Shown: piece after piece, positions 12,402 through 21,448 of the stretch
Position numbering within the stretch: the stretch's first letter is position 1
Layout of the letters: every line of letters starts with the position of its first letter
Assembly: GCF_005696695.1 (NCBI RefSeq)
Contig: NZ_CP040006.1
Location: 870,001-902,000, forward strand
Reading direction: 5' to 3'
DNA length: 32,000 nt
DNA from: Schaalia odontolytica
Lineage (GTDB): Bacteria > Actinomycetota > Actinomycetes > Actinomycetales > Actinomycetaceae
The notes under the pieces: model-generated
Seen by the model: only the letters and a program-made list of their open reading frames with translations
The model's database searches: none
What the model was told of the DNA's origin: nothing
Position numbers and translations under genes: made by a program

Positions 12402-13538
12402 ATGACTGCAATTTCTCGTCCTCGCGTCCTCATCGTCTTCGGTGGACGCTCCTCCGAGCATGAGATCTCGTGCTCGACGGCCGCCGGCATCCTGACCGCT
12501 ATCGACCGCACCAAGTGGGACGTGATCCCGCTGGGTATCACGCGCGACGGCCAGTGGGTGCGCGTCGCCGATGATCCGTCGGCGCTGGAATTCAAGGATG
12601 GGAAGGGCCAGTCCGTCACCGCCGGATCCACCCGCGTTGCCCTGACCCCGGGCGAGGGCAACCTCGTCGAACTCACCTACGAGGGCGACCCGGACGCCCC
12701 GGACTCGCGGGTCATTGGCGTGGAGGACCTGGGTCACGTCGACATCGTGTTCCCGCTCCTGCACGGCCCCTACGGCGAGGACGGCACCATCCAGGGCCTC
12801 TTCGAGATGGCCGGCGTGCGCTACGTGGGCTGCGGCGTGACCTCCTCCGCCGTGTCCATGGACAAGCACCTCACCAAGACCGTCCTGGCAGCCGCCGGTA
12901 TCGACGTGGGCCAGTGGGAGCTGGTCACCGCGCGCCAGTGGGATGCCGACGCCACCGCCTGCATGGACCGCATCGAGCGCCTGGGCTTCCCCGTCTTCGT
13001 CAAGCCCTGCCGCGCCGGTTCCTCGGTCGGCATCTCGCGCGTTACCTGCCGCGAGGACCTGCCCGTGGCCATCAAGGAGGCCGCGAACCACGACCCACGC
13101 ATCATCGTTGAGGCCTCGATCTCCGGCCGCGAGGTCGAGTGCGGCGTCCTCGGCTCGCGCTCCGACTGGCGCAGCGGCACCGCGCCCCTGGGCGAGATCG
13201 TCGTCCCCGAGGGCGAGTTCTACGACTACGAGCACAAGTACGTGGACGACGTGGTCGGCCTGTCCTGCCCGGCCGACGTCGCCCCCGAATACGCCGATCG
13301 CATTCGCGAGACCGCGTGGCGCGCCTTCGACGCCCTCGAGTGCGAGGGCCTGGCGCGCGTCGACTTCTTCCTCGACGAGGCCAGCGACACCGTCATCATC
13401 AACGAAGTGAACACGATGCCCGGTTTCACGCCCATCTCGATGTACCCGCAGATGTGGGCCGCCGCAGGCCTGTCCTACCCGGAGCTGCTGACCGAACTGC
13501 TGACCGAGGCCGCGCAGCGCCCGCTCGGCCTGCGCTGA
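12402..13538 (+). CDS. ddl: D-alanine--D-alanine ligase
   Basis: The N-terminus VLIVFGGRSSEHEISC is typical Ddl. ATP-grasp motifs FVKPCRAGSSVGIS and EVNTMPGFT are present. The start is ATG 12402 or the upstream in-frame GTG 12369. Confidence 0.92.
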   Translation: MTAISRPRVLIVFGGRSSEHEISCSTAAGILTAIDRTKWDVIPLGITRDGQWVRVADDPSALEFKDGKGQSVTAGSTRVALTPGEGNLVELTYEGDPDAPDSRVIGVEDLGHVDIVFPLLHGPYGEDGTIQGLFEMAGVRYVGCGVTSSAVSMDKHLTKTVLAAAGIDVGQWELVTARQWDADATACMDRIERLGFPVFVKPCRAGSSVGISRVTCREDLPVAIKEAANHDPRIIVEASISGREVECGVLGSRSDWRSGTAPLGEIVVPEGEFYDYEHKYVDDVVGLSCPADVAPEYADRIRETAWRAFDALECEGLARVDFFLDEASDTVIINEVNTMPGFTPISMYPQMWAAAGLSYPELLTELLTEAAQRPLGLR

Positions 13539-13591
13539 ACACCCAGCTAATGCCTCGTTAATCAACTAATCCCCACGATAGAAAGATAACT

Positions 13592-14509
13592 ATGACGGCC
13601 CATCCCAAAGTCACCCTGGTGACCTGCAAGTCCATGCCTAACCTCTTCAAAGGCGAGGAAGGTCTGCTCGACGAGCTGGCGGCGCGCGGGTGCGACCCCC
13701 AGATTAAGGTGTGGAACGACCCCGACGTCGACTGGTCCGAGGCCGGCATGGTCGTCGTGCGCTCCGTGTCCGACTACGCGAGCGACCGCCCCGCGTTCCT
13801 GGAGTGGACGAAGCAGCTGCGTCGCGTGCAGAACTCCGCGGACGTGCTGAACTGGAACACGGACAAGCACTACCTCAAGGAACTGGCCGCCCTGGGCATG
13901 CCCACGATTCCCACGAACTGGCTGGAGCCTGAGCAGAACCTGTCGAAGCATCAGATCCACACGCGCTTCCCGGCCTTCGGCGAGTTCGTCGTCAAGCCCG
14001 CCGTGTCCTCCGGCGTGCGCGACATCGGCCGCTACACGACCGTGGACACTCGCCAGCGCCAGGCCGCTATGCGCCAGGTCCAGGGCCTGCTGGGGGAGGG
14101 GCGCTCCGTCATGATCCAGCGCTACGTCGAGGAGATCGACCTGCACGGCGAGATCTCGCTCGTCTTCTTCAACGGCTTGGTCTCCCACGCCGTCGAGAAG
14201 CGCTCCGCCCTGCACCCCGCGTCGGTCAGCGACCCTTACGTCCACGAGGCCGTGGTGACCGCTGAGGCGGCCGACTCCGTCGCGTGGAAGTGGGGCGAGG
14301 AGATTCGCCGCGTCCTGCACGGCTACGTGCGCTCGCGCCTGGGCCACGACGAGCAGTTCCTGTTCAACCGCGTGGACCTGGTCCCCGACGGAAAGGGCTC
14401 CTTCCTGGTCATGGAGGTCTCCCTCGTGGATGCCGACCTCTACCTGGGTGCCACCCCGGGCGCGCTCGGCAACTTCGCCGACGCGATCTCCGCTCGCGCC
14501 CACTGGTGA
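13592..14509 (+). CDS. ATP-grasp domain protein of unknown substrate (RimK / glutathione-synthetase-like fold)
   Basis: The 305-aa protein has VVVRSVSDYASDRPAFLEWT, WNTDKHYLKEL, FVVKPAVSSGVRD, VMIQRYVEEIDLHGEISLVFFNG and NRVDLVPDGKGSFLVMEVSLVDADLYL. This pattern is typical of uncharacterised actinobacterial ATP-grasp enzymes. Confidence 0.75.
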   Translation: MTAHPKVTLVTCKSMPNLFKGEEGLLDELAARGCDPQIKVWNDPDVDWSEAGMVVVRSVSDYASDRPAFLEWTKQLRRVQNSADVLNWNTDKHYLKELAALGMPTIPTNWLEPEQNLSKHQIHTRFPAFGEFVVKPAVSSGVRDIGRYTTVDTRQRQAAMRQVQGLLGEGRSVMIQRYVEEIDLHGEISLVFFNGLVSHAVEKRSALHPASVSDPYVHEAVVTAEAADSVAWKWGEEIRRVLHGYVRSRLGHDEQFLFNRVDLVPDGKGSFLVMEVSLVDADLYLGATPGALGNFADAISARAHW

Positions 14510-14599
14510 CGCACGCCACCGCCGTGAGGGCAGTGCTCGAGTTTCCAAGCTCGGGTGGGTAGTGCTAAGCTCTACCCGTTGCCTTCACGGCGACGCGAT

Positions 14600-14676
14600 G
14601 GTGGCTGTAGTTCAGTTGGTAGAGCACCTGGTTGTGGTCCAGGACGTCGCGGGTTCGAGTCCCGTCAGCCACCCCA
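14600..14676 (+). tRNA. tRNA-His (anticodon GTG)
   Basis: The extra G-1 pairs with C73. Acceptor is GTGGCTG/CAGCCAC, anticodon stem CCTGG/CCAGG with loop TTGTGGT, T-loop GGTTCGAGTCC, encoded CCA. Confidence 0.92.
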
Positions 14677-14679
14677 CCG

Positions 14680-14709
14680 CCCCGGCGCTTGTGCGCCGGG
14701 GTTTTTGTT
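14680..14709 (+). terminator. Rho-independent terminator after tRNA-His
   Basis: A 9-bp GC stem, ccccggcgc / gcgccgggg, has loop ttgt and is followed by TTTTTGTT. Confidence 0.8.
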
Positions 14710-14757
14710 ATTGGAGTATGCTTGTAGCAACCCAATTGACCGGACAAAGGAGTTCTC

Positions 14758-15816
14758 ATGCCCAGCGTGATCGCATACGGCTGTGACGATGCCACCACCC
14801 AGTTCCACCCCCTGCAGATCGACATCCGTGAACCCGGCGAGGGGGAGATCTACTTCGACGTCGCCTACGCGGGCATCTGCCACTCCGACATCCACGCCGC
14901 CCGCGGCGAGTGGGGCCCCGTGTCCTACCCGCTCGTGCCCGGCCACGAGTTCGTCGGCACCGTCTCTAAGGTCGGCCCCGGCGTCACCACGTTCAAGGTG
15001 GGCGACCGCGTGGGCGTGGGCTGCATGGTGGGTTCCTGCGGCACGTGCGAGATGTGCGAATCTGACTACGAGCAGTGGTGCACCTCGACGCCCGGCACCC
15101 TGTGGACCTACCGCGCCGACGCCGAGGGCAACCCGACGACCGGCGGCTACTCGCGCGGCTTCACCGTGCGCGAGGACTTTGCGCTGCATGTGCCGGAATC
15201 CCTCGACTTTTCCGCCTGCGCACCCCTCCTGTGCGCCGGCATCACCACCTACTCGCCGCTCAAGCACTACAACGTGGGCCCCGGCTCGCGCGTGGCCATC
15301 CTTGGCATGGGCGGCCTCGGACACGTGGGCGTGCAGATCGCCAAGGCCATGGGCGCGGACGTCTCCGTCATCTCTCACGGACGCTCCAAGGAAGCCGACG
15401 CCCGCCGCTTCGGCGCCGACCACTTCTACGCCACCAGCGAGGAGGGCGTGCTCGAGTCCCTGCGCGGCTCCTTCGATCTCATCCTGTGCACCGTGTCCGC
15501 CGACGGCCTCGACTACGCCGGCTACATGGCCGCCCTGCGCCCCTACGGTGTCTTCGTCGACGTGGGCCTGCCCACCGAACCCGTCTCCCTGCCGCTGCGC
15601 GCCTTCGTCAACGGCGGCAAGTCTTTCGCGGGCTCCCAGATCGGCGGCATCGCCGAAACCCAGGAGATGCTGGACTTCTGCGCCGAACACGGCGTCATCC
15701 CGCAGGTCGAGATGATCGGTGGCGAGGACATCACGCAGGCCTACGACAACATCGTCGCCTCCCACGTGCGCTACCGCTACGTCATCGACACCTCGACGTT
15801 CCCCGAGAGCGCGTGA
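14758..15816 (+). CDS. Zinc-dependent NAD(P)-alcohol dehydrogenase (cinnamyl-alcohol-dehydrogenase family)
   Basis: Motifs GICHSDIH, GHEFVGTV, the structural-zinc cysteines CGTCEMCESDYEQWC, and the Rossmann motif GMGGLGHVGVQIAK are present. RBS AAAGGAG lies before the ATG. Confidence 0.9.
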   Translation: MPSVIAYGCDDATTQFHPLQIDIREPGEGEIYFDVAYAGICHSDIHAARGEWGPVSYPLVPGHEFVGTVSKVGPGVTTFKVGDRVGVGCMVGSCGTCEMCESDYEQWCTSTPGTLWTYRADAEGNPTTGGYSRGFTVREDFALHVPESLDFSACAPLLCAGITTYSPLKHYNVGPGSRVAILGMGGLGHVGVQIAKAMGADVSVISHGRSKEADARRFGADHFYATSEEGVLESLRGSFDLILCTVSADGLDYAGYMAALRPYGVFVDVGLPTEPVSLPLRAFVNGGKSFAGSQIGGIAETQEMLDFCAEHGVIPQVEMIGGEDITQAYDNIVASHVRYRYVIDTSTFPESA

Positions 15817-15832
15817 GCGTGAGTGAGTGAGC

Positions 15833-15866
15833 GGAAAGCCCCGGGCCGAGTGGCCCGGGGCTTTCC
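15833..15866. terminator. Bidirectional terminator between adh (+) and tRNA-Gly (-)
   Basis: A 15-bp perfect stem, ggaaagccccgggcc / ggcccggggctttcc, has loop gagt. Confidence 0.7.
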
Positions 15867-15872
15867 CTGTGC

Positions 15873-15946
15873 TGGAGCGGATGACGGGAATCGAACCCGC
15901 GTGATCTGCTTGGAAGGCAGAGGCTCTACCATTGAGCTACATCCGC
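15873..15946 (-). tRNA. tRNA-Gly (anticodon TCC)
   Basis: The reverse complement reads GCGGATGTAGCTCAATGGTAGAGCCTCTGCCTTCCAAGCAGATCACGCGGGTTCGATTCCCGTCATCCGCTCCA. The anticodon loop is CTTCCAA. Confidence 0.92.
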
Positions 15947-16046
15947 GTACCCCCGAAGGGGACACGAAGATCGTAGCGGGTATTGTCCACGTGCGCGACA
16001 TTTAAACGCCCCTTCCCGTATGATGGGGCACCGGACATCAGTCCAA

Positions 16047-16123
<77 letters not shown>

Positions 16124-16124
16124 A

Positions 16125-16150
16125 CCGCGGCCACAGCGTCGCGGTTTTTT
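16125..16150 (+). terminator. Weak rho-independent terminator after tRNA-Pro
   Basis: A short stem, ccgcg / cgcgg, is followed by TTTTTT. Confidence 0.45.
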
Positions 16151-16171
16151 CGTACGATCCCGGGGGAGTCC

Positions 16172-16453
16172 ATGCCGTCCTATCGCACCATCATGACGGT
16201 CACGACTCTGGCACCCGGGCGTGCCCCCGAAGAAGTCGAGGCCGCCGTCCGATCCGTCACCCGGCTCGAATCCTGGGACATCGCCATCGCCTCCGGCCAG
16301 CCCCGCGTCACCGCGCGCTTCACCGCGACAGATGACGCCGAGGCGCGAGCGACCCACCGCGAGATCACTGCCGCCGTGCGCCTCGTCGCCGATGTGCCCC
16401 GCGCCCGCTTGGCAGCCGTCGTGCGAGGGCGCTCCCACTACCTCGCCCCCTGA
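16172..16453 (+). CDS. Hypothetical small protein (93 aa)
   Basis: GGGGGAG lies before the ATG. The G/C third-position bias is strong and host-like. I recognise no family motif. Confidence 0.55.
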   Translation: MPSYRTIMTVTTLAPGRAPEEVEAAVRSVTRLESWDIAIASGQPRVTARFTATDDAEARATHREITAAVRLVADVPRARLAAVVRGRSHYLAP

Positions 16454-16668
16454 GTGCGCCCGGCAGCGCGGGCGGCCCCGGCCTCGTGAATGGGGAGAGT
16501 GGTACGTGCTCGTGTGGCGTTGCGCACTTGAAGTGGCCGTAGAGGGGTGGATATGCCCACTAATGCCCCGCGAATGAGGACATCAGCGGGGTCGTGGCGT
16601 ACACTAAGCGAGTTGTTATGCGCCCGAAATGGGCGTTCCCGAATTCGTAGACTACGGAGCGTACGCAC

Positions 16669-17988
16669 GTGAAGAGCACCGTTGAAACCCTCGAGCCCAC
16701 CAAGGTTCGTCTGACCGTTGAGGTTCCCTTCGAGGAACTGAAGTCCGAAATGGACAAGGCGTACAAGGAGATCGCCGGACAGGTCAACATCCCCGGCTTC
16801 CGTAAGGGCCACGTGCCTCCGCGCATCATCGACCAGCGCTTCGGCCGCGCTGCCGTCATCGAGCAGGTCGTCAACCAGGTCCTGCCCGGCCACTACTCGG
16901 ACGCCGTCAACGAGAACGACCTGCGCCCCATGGCTCAGCCCACCGTCGACGTCACCGAGATCCCCAACGTGACCGGCCCCCAGGGCGGCCAGCTCGTCTT
17001 CACCGCCGAGGTTGACGTCGTCCCCGCCTTCGAGCTGCCCGAGATCGACGAGAAGCTCGTCGTCGAGGTCGAGCCCACCGAGGTCACCGAAGAGGACGTC
17101 GAGAAGGAACTCGAGGACCTGCGCGGCCGCTTCGCCACCCTCAAGACCATCAACCGCAAGGCCAAGACCGGCGACTTCGCGACCATCGACCTGGTCGCCA
17201 CCATCGACGGCAAGCAGGTTGACTCCGCCTCCGACGTCTCCTACGAGATCGGCTCCGGCTCCATGCTCGACGGCCAGGACACCGCCCTGCGCGGCACCAA
17301 GGCCGGCGAAGAGGTCACCTTCACCTCCAAGCTGAAGGGTGGCGAGCACGAGGGCGAAGAGGCCGAGGTGACCATCACCATCAAGGCCATGAAGACCCGC
17401 GAGCTGCCCAAGGCTGACGACGACTTCGCTCAGATGGTCTCCGAGTTCGACACCATCGACGAGCTCAAGGAAGACCTGAAGAAGCAGGCCGCCCAGTCCA
17501 AGGAGTCCCAGCAGGCCCTCGCCGCGCGCGACGCCCTCATCGACCTCCTCCTGGACAAGGTCGAGATCGTCCTGCCCGAGTCCGCGGTCGACCACCAGGT
17601 CGAGCACCGCGTCGGCGAGGATGCCAAGCCCAAGGCCAAGAAGGAAGCCCGCGAGGCCGTCGAGAAGGAAATCCGCACCGAGCTGCTTTCCGAGGCCCTG
17701 GCCAAGAAGTTCGACGTGCAGGTCTCCCAGCAGGAGCTGATCGACTACGCGATCCAGATGTCGCAGAACTTCGGCATCGACATCAACCAGCTGTTCTCCT
17801 CCTCCCAGCAGATGGCCAACGTCGTGGCCGACCTGGGCCGCTCCAAGGCCCTCATCGAGGCCCTGAAGGTCGTCACCGTCAAGGACACCAACGGCGCCGA
17901 CGTCGACCTGAGCAAGTTCTTCGGCACCGATCCCGCCACCGAAGAGGGCGCGGAGATCGTCACCGAGGTTGCCGACGAGCAGGAGTGA
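16669..17988 (+). CDS. tig: Trigger factor
   Basis: GTG start. The N-terminus is KSTVETLEPTKVRLTVEVPFEEL, with the ribosome-binding motif GFRKGHVP, an FKBP-like middle domain and an acidic C-terminus. Confidence 0.93.
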   Translation: MKSTVETLEPTKVRLTVEVPFEELKSEMDKAYKEIAGQVNIPGFRKGHVPPRIIDQRFGRAAVIEQVVNQVLPGHYSDAVNENDLRPMAQPTVDVTEIPNVTGPQGGQLVFTAEVDVVPAFELPEIDEKLVVEVEPTEVTEEDVEKELEDLRGRFATLKTINRKAKTGDFATIDLVATIDGKQVDSASDVSYEIGSGSMLDGQDTALRGTKAGEEVTFTSKLKGGEHEGEEAEVTITIKAMKTRELPKADDDFAQMVSEFDTIDELKEDLKKQAAQSKESQQALAARDALIDLLLDKVEIVLPESAVDHQVEHRVGEDAKPKAKKEAREAVEKEIRTELLSEALAKKFDVQVSQQELIDYAIQMSQNFGIDINQLFSSSQQMANVVADLGRSKALIEALKVVTVKDTNGADVDLSKFFGTDPATEEGAEIVTEVADEQE

Positions 17989-18030
17989 ACCGCGGCGGGC
18001 GAACCCGCTGACGAGTGACTAACTCGTGAG

Positions 18031-18064
18031 CTGAGGGGGTGGGGCGCGAGCCTCGCCCCCTCAG
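18031..18064 (+). terminator. Strong hairpin downstream of tig; terminator-like, without a U-tract
   Basis: A 15-bp stem pairs 18031-18045 with 18050-18064, including two G-U pairs, around a GCGA tetraloop. Confidence 0.5.
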
Positions 18065-18103
18065 TGCATATGTCGAGCGCATGTGTCGAGTGCATGTGCC
18101 GAC
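18065..18103 (+). repeat. Three tandem imperfect 13-bp repeats upstream of clpP1
   Basis: The units are tgcatatgtcgag, cgcatgtgtcgag and tgcatgtgccgac, giving consensus YGCATRTGYCGAS. Each contains a CATRTG core. Confidence 0.6.
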
Positions 18104-18202
18104 AGCGAAACGACGGCCCGGCGCGCGCACGAGCGGGCGCGCAGCGGGTACGGTTGACACCAATGGGGCCGACTGGGCCCGCGAACAGACGAGGAGGTAC
18201 GC

Positions 18203-18814
18203 GTGAGCGTGCACAATACCGGGGCTGCCGGCGAAGGCTCGCAGCTGGGACTGGGCGACTCGGTCTACCAGCGCCTGCTCAAGGAGCGCATCATTTGGCT
18301 GGGCGGCGAGGTTCGCGATGACAATGCGAACGCGATCTGCGCGCAGCTGCTGCTGCTCGCGGCCGAGGATCCGGACCGCGACATCTACCTGTACATCAAC
18401 TCGCCTGGCGGCTCGGTGACGGCCGGCATGGCCATCTACGACACGATGCAGTACATCAAGCCGGACGTCGTGACGGTCGGCATGGGCCTGGCCGCGTCGA
18501 TGGGTCAGTTCCTGCTCACCGCGGGCGCCCCCGGCAAGCGTTACATCACGCCCCACACCCGCGTTCTGCTGCACCAGCCCCTGGGCGGTGCGGGCGGCTC
18601 CGCGACGGAGATCCGCATTAACGCTGACCTGATCCTGGGCATGAAGAAGGAACTCGCTGCCATCACCGCGTCTCGCACGGGCAAGACCGTCGAGCAGGTG
18701 GAGGCTGACGGCGATCGCGACCACTGGTTCACGGCGCAGGAAGCCCTCGAGTACGGCTTCGTCGACCGCGTGATCGACACCCCGCAGGAGATCGGAACGC
18801 GAGGAGAAAACTGA
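18203..18814 (+). CDS. clpP1: ATP-dependent Clp protease proteolytic subunit 1
   Basis: GTG start is preceded by GAGGAGG. Motifs [12 protein letters not shown], the catalytic Ser in GLAASMG and the His in LLHQPLGG are present. Confidence 0.93.
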   Translation: MSVHNTGAAGEGSQLGLGDSVYQRLLKERIIWLGGEVRDDNANAICAQLLLLAAEDPDRDIYLYINSPGGSVTAGMAIYDTMQYIKPDVVTVGMGLAASMGQFLLTAGAPGKRYITPHTRVLLHQPLGGAGGSATEIRINADLILGMKKELAAITASRTGKTVEQVEADGDRDHWFTAQEALEYGFVDRVIDTPQEIGTRGEN

Positions 18815-19458
18815 TGAGCACCCAGCCCTACTTTGAGGCGGTCGCCCGCCAGATGCCCCAGGCCCGCTACGTGCTGCCCGACTTCGAGGAGCGTACGGTC
18901 TACGGTTTCCGCCGTCAGAACCCCTACACGAAGCTGTTCGAGGACCGCATCGTGTTCCTGGGCGTGCAGGTGGATGACGCCAGCGCCGATGACGTCATGG
19001 CGCAGCTGCTGGTCCTGGAGTCCCAGGATCCCGATTCGCTGATCACCATGTACATCAACTCGCCCGGCGGCTCCTTCACGGCGCTGACCGCCATCTACGA
19101 CACGATGCAGTACATCAAGCCGCAGATCCAGACGGTGTGCCTGGGCCAGGCCGCCTCGGCTGCCGCCGTGCTGCTGGCCGCAGGTTCGCCCGGCAAGCGT
19201 CTGGCGCTGCCCAACGCCCGCGTCCTCATTCACCAGCCGGCGATGGAGGGCATGCAGGGGCAGGCCTCGGACATTCAGATCGTCGCCGACGAGATCGACC
19301 GCATGCGCGCGTGGCTCGAGGACACCATCTCGAAGCACTCGGGCAAGCCGGTGGAGCAGGTGCGCCGCGACATCGAGCGCGACAAGATCCTCACCGCCCC
19401 GCAGGCCGCCGAGTACGGCCTGATCGACCAGGTGCTGGAGTCCCGCAAGGCTCTGTGA
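18814..19458 (+). CDS. clpP2: ATP-dependent Clp protease proteolytic subunit 2
   Basis: Its ATG overlaps the clpP1 TGA by 1 nt (TGATG). Motifs [23 protein letters not shown] and LIHQPAMEG are present. Confidence 0.93.
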   Translation: MSTQPYFEAVARQMPQARYVLPDFEERTVYGFRRQNPYTKLFEDRIVFLGVQVDDASADDVMAQLLVLESQDPDSLITMYINSPGGSFTALTAIYDTMQYIKPQIQTVCLGQAASAAAVLLAAGSPGKRLALPNARVLIHQPAMEGMQGQASDIQIVADEIDRMRAWLEDTISKHSGKPVEQVRRDIERDKILTAPQAAEYGLIDQVLESRKAL

Positions 19459-19474
19459 CGCGTTTTCGTCACTG

Positions 19475-19530
19475 ACGAGGCCGTGGCCTCCCCGCGTGTG
19501 TGTGCGGTGGGTGCCGCGGCCTCGTTGTTT
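19475..19530 (+). terminator. Terminator hairpin after clpP2
   Basis: A 13-bp stem, acgaggccgtggc / gccgcggcctcgt with one G-U pair, encloses a structured loop. It is followed by TGTTT. Confidence 0.55.
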
Positions 19531-19701
19531 ATGTGACCGGTCAGGCGGTTATCGCGCTGACAATTGTCGGCTACGGGTGAACTTTTCATAACAATAGGCG
19601 TGGCTACGCGGAAAACTGGCTCGTGTGCACTACGTTGTTTGCTAGTAAGTGCGAAAGCGCATCCGACCGAACGGCAAAACGTTCAACACCTTGGAGGTCT
19701 C

Positions 19702-20961
19702 GTGGCTCGTCTGACTGATGGCGCGGAACTGCTCAAGTGCTCTTTCTGTGGGAAGAGCCAGAAGCAGGTGCGTAAGCTCATCGGTGGCTCCGGCGCGTAT
19801 ATCTGCGACGAGTGCATTGAGCTGTGCAACGAGATCATCGAAGAGGAACTGGGTTCTCAGCAGCCTTCCTCGTCGGCGACGCCGCTGCCTAAGCCGCGCG
19901 AAATCAACGAATTCTTGAATACGTGGGTGATCGGTCAGGACCGTGCCAAGCGCGCCCTGTCGGTGGCCGTGTACAACCACTACAAGCGCGTGCGCTCGCG
20001 CGAGGCCGGCAATGCTGAGGACATGCTGGGCACCAAGTCCAACATCCTCCTGCTCGGCCCCACGGGCACGGGCAAGACCCACCTGGCGCGCTGCCTCGCC
20101 CGCCTCCTCGACGTGCCTTTCGCGATCGTGGACGCGACCGCCCTGACCGAGGCCGGCTACGTGGGTGAGGACGTGGAGAACATCCTCCTGCGCCTCATCC
20201 AGGAGGCCGACGGCGACATCAAGAAGGCCGAGAAGGGCATCATCTACGTCGACGAGATCGACAAGATCGGCCGCAAGGCTGAGAACGCCTCGATCACCCG
20301 CGACGTGTCGGGTGAGGGCGTGCAGCAGGCCCTCCTGAAGATCATCGAGGGCACGGTTGCCTCTGTGCCTCCCACGGGCGGTCGCAAGCACCCCCACCAG
20401 CAGTTCCTGGAGATCGATACCTCCGGCATCCTCTTCATCGCCGCCGGTGCCTTTGCGGGCATCGAGGATATTGTGAAGGCCCGCCTGGGCCGCCGCTCCA
20501 CGGGCTTCGGCTCCGAGCTGAAGAGCGCCTCGGAGATGGGTGACCTCTACGAGGCCGTGTCCGCCGAGGATCTGCACAAGTTCGGCATGATCCCCGAGTT
20601 TATCGGCCGCCTGCCCATCCTGACCTCCACGAAGGAGCTGACGGAGGAGGACCTCGTTCGAGTCCTCACCGAGCCGTCGAACTCGCTCGTGCGCCAGTAC
20701 CAGCACCTTTTCGAGCTGGACAACATGGACCTGGAGTTTACGCACGAGGCCCTGCTGGCGATCGCGGCACGCGCCAACGAGCGCAAGACGGGCGCCCGTG
20801 GCCTGTCCTCGATCATGGAGCAGACCTTGTCGGACCTCATGTTCGACCTGCCGAGCCGTGACGACGTCGCCCGCGTGGTCATCACCCGCGACCTCGTCGA
20901 GGGTGTCGGCCCCGCCGAGCTCTACCCGGAGCGCTCTTCGGAAGGCAAGCGCAGCGCCTGA
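19702..20961 (+). CDS. clpX: ATP-dependent Clp protease ATP-binding subunit ClpX
   Basis: GTG 19702 is preceded by GGAGG. The zinc-binding N-domain is [30 protein letters not shown]. Walker A is GPTGTGKT and Walker B is IIYVDEIDK. The track ORF start at 19564 is an upstream in-frame extension. Confidence 0.93.
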   Translation: MARLTDGAELLKCSFCGKSQKQVRKLIGGSGAYICDECIELCNEIIEEELGSQQPSSSATPLPKPREINEFLNTWVIGQDRAKRALSVAVYNHYKRVRSREAGNAEDMLGTKSNILLLGPTGTGKTHLARCLARLLDVPFAIVDATALTEAGYVGEDVENILLRLIQEADGDIKKAEKGIIYVDEIDKIGRKAENASITRDVSGEGVQQALLKIIEGTVASVPPTGGRKHPHQQFLEIDTSGILFIAAGAFAGIEDIVKARLGRRSTGFGSELKSASEMGDLYEAVSAEDLHKFGMIPEFIGRLPILTSTKELTEEDLVRVLTEPSNSLVRQYQHLFELDNMDLEFTHEALLAIAARANERKTGARGLSSIMEQTLSDLMFDLPSRDDVARVVITRDLVEGVGPAELYPERSSEGKRSA

Positions 20962-21007
20962 GTCCGCCCGCTACACTGAGGTCAGTTGAGACCTTAGGGG
21001 AGGAACA

Positions 21008-21364
21008 ATGGCACAGCGTGACGAGGCCTCGGTGGTCGCTTCGGCGGACCTGGGCGTGAGTGGCATTCCCGCCGAGCTGGCGGAGGCTCGCGCAACGATC
21101 GACAACATCGACGCTGCCCTCGTGCACATCCTCGCCGAGCGTTTCCGCTGCACCCAGCGCGTCGGGCACATCAAGGCCCGCCTGGACCTGCCTCCCGCCG
21201 ACCCGGATCGCGAGGCTCGCCAGGTCGAACGCCTGCGCACCCTGGCGGCGTCCTCCGGCCTCGACCCCGATTTCGCCGAGAAGTTCCTGGGCTTCATGGT
21301 CCGCGAGGTCATCCGACACCACGAGGACATCAAGGCTGAGTACGACGAGGGTTCGTGCCTCTAA
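21008..21364 (+). CDS. AroQ-class chorismate mutase
   Basis: The 118-aa helical protein has LAEARATIDNIDAALVHILAERFRCTQRVGHIK and FLGFMVREVIRHH, typical of small monofunctional chorismate mutases. RBS GGGGAGGAA lies upstream. Confidence 0.85.
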   Translation: MAQRDEASVVASADLGVSGIPAELAEARATIDNIDAALVHILAERFRCTQRVGHIKARLDLPPADPDREARQVERLRTLAASSGLDPDFAEKFLGFMVREVIRHHEDIKAEYDEGSCL

Positions 21365-21448
21365 ACTGCGCGCTGGGGAAGTGCCAAGCCCCGGCCTCGT
21401 GAACTCTCAGGGTTGTCTGATGAAATTCTGCGCAGGCTCCCCGATAGT

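Noticed and set aside
16476-16490. 15-nt identity CCCCGGCCTCGTGAA shared with 21388-21402, and related GGCCTCGT arms in the hairpins at 19513-19525 and 25042-25055, considered as a dispersed REP/MITE-like element
   Set aside because: About one chance 15-mer match is expected in a GC-biased 32-kb window counting both strands. The shared part is short and the flanks do not align. Whole-genome repeat counting would be needed to revive the idea.
18154-18159. Perfect TTGACA hexamer upstream of clpP1 as a -35 element
   Set aside because: No acceptable -10 hexamer lies 16-18 nt downstream; the sequence there is gcccgc. I also found no CGC-N5-GCG ClgR-type box.
19564-19701. Upstream 46-codon extension of the clpX ORF
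   Set aside because: The extension lies in lower-GC, leader-like DNA. The conserved ClpX N-terminus ([17 protein letters not shown]) begins at GTG 19702, which has a GGAGG RBS.
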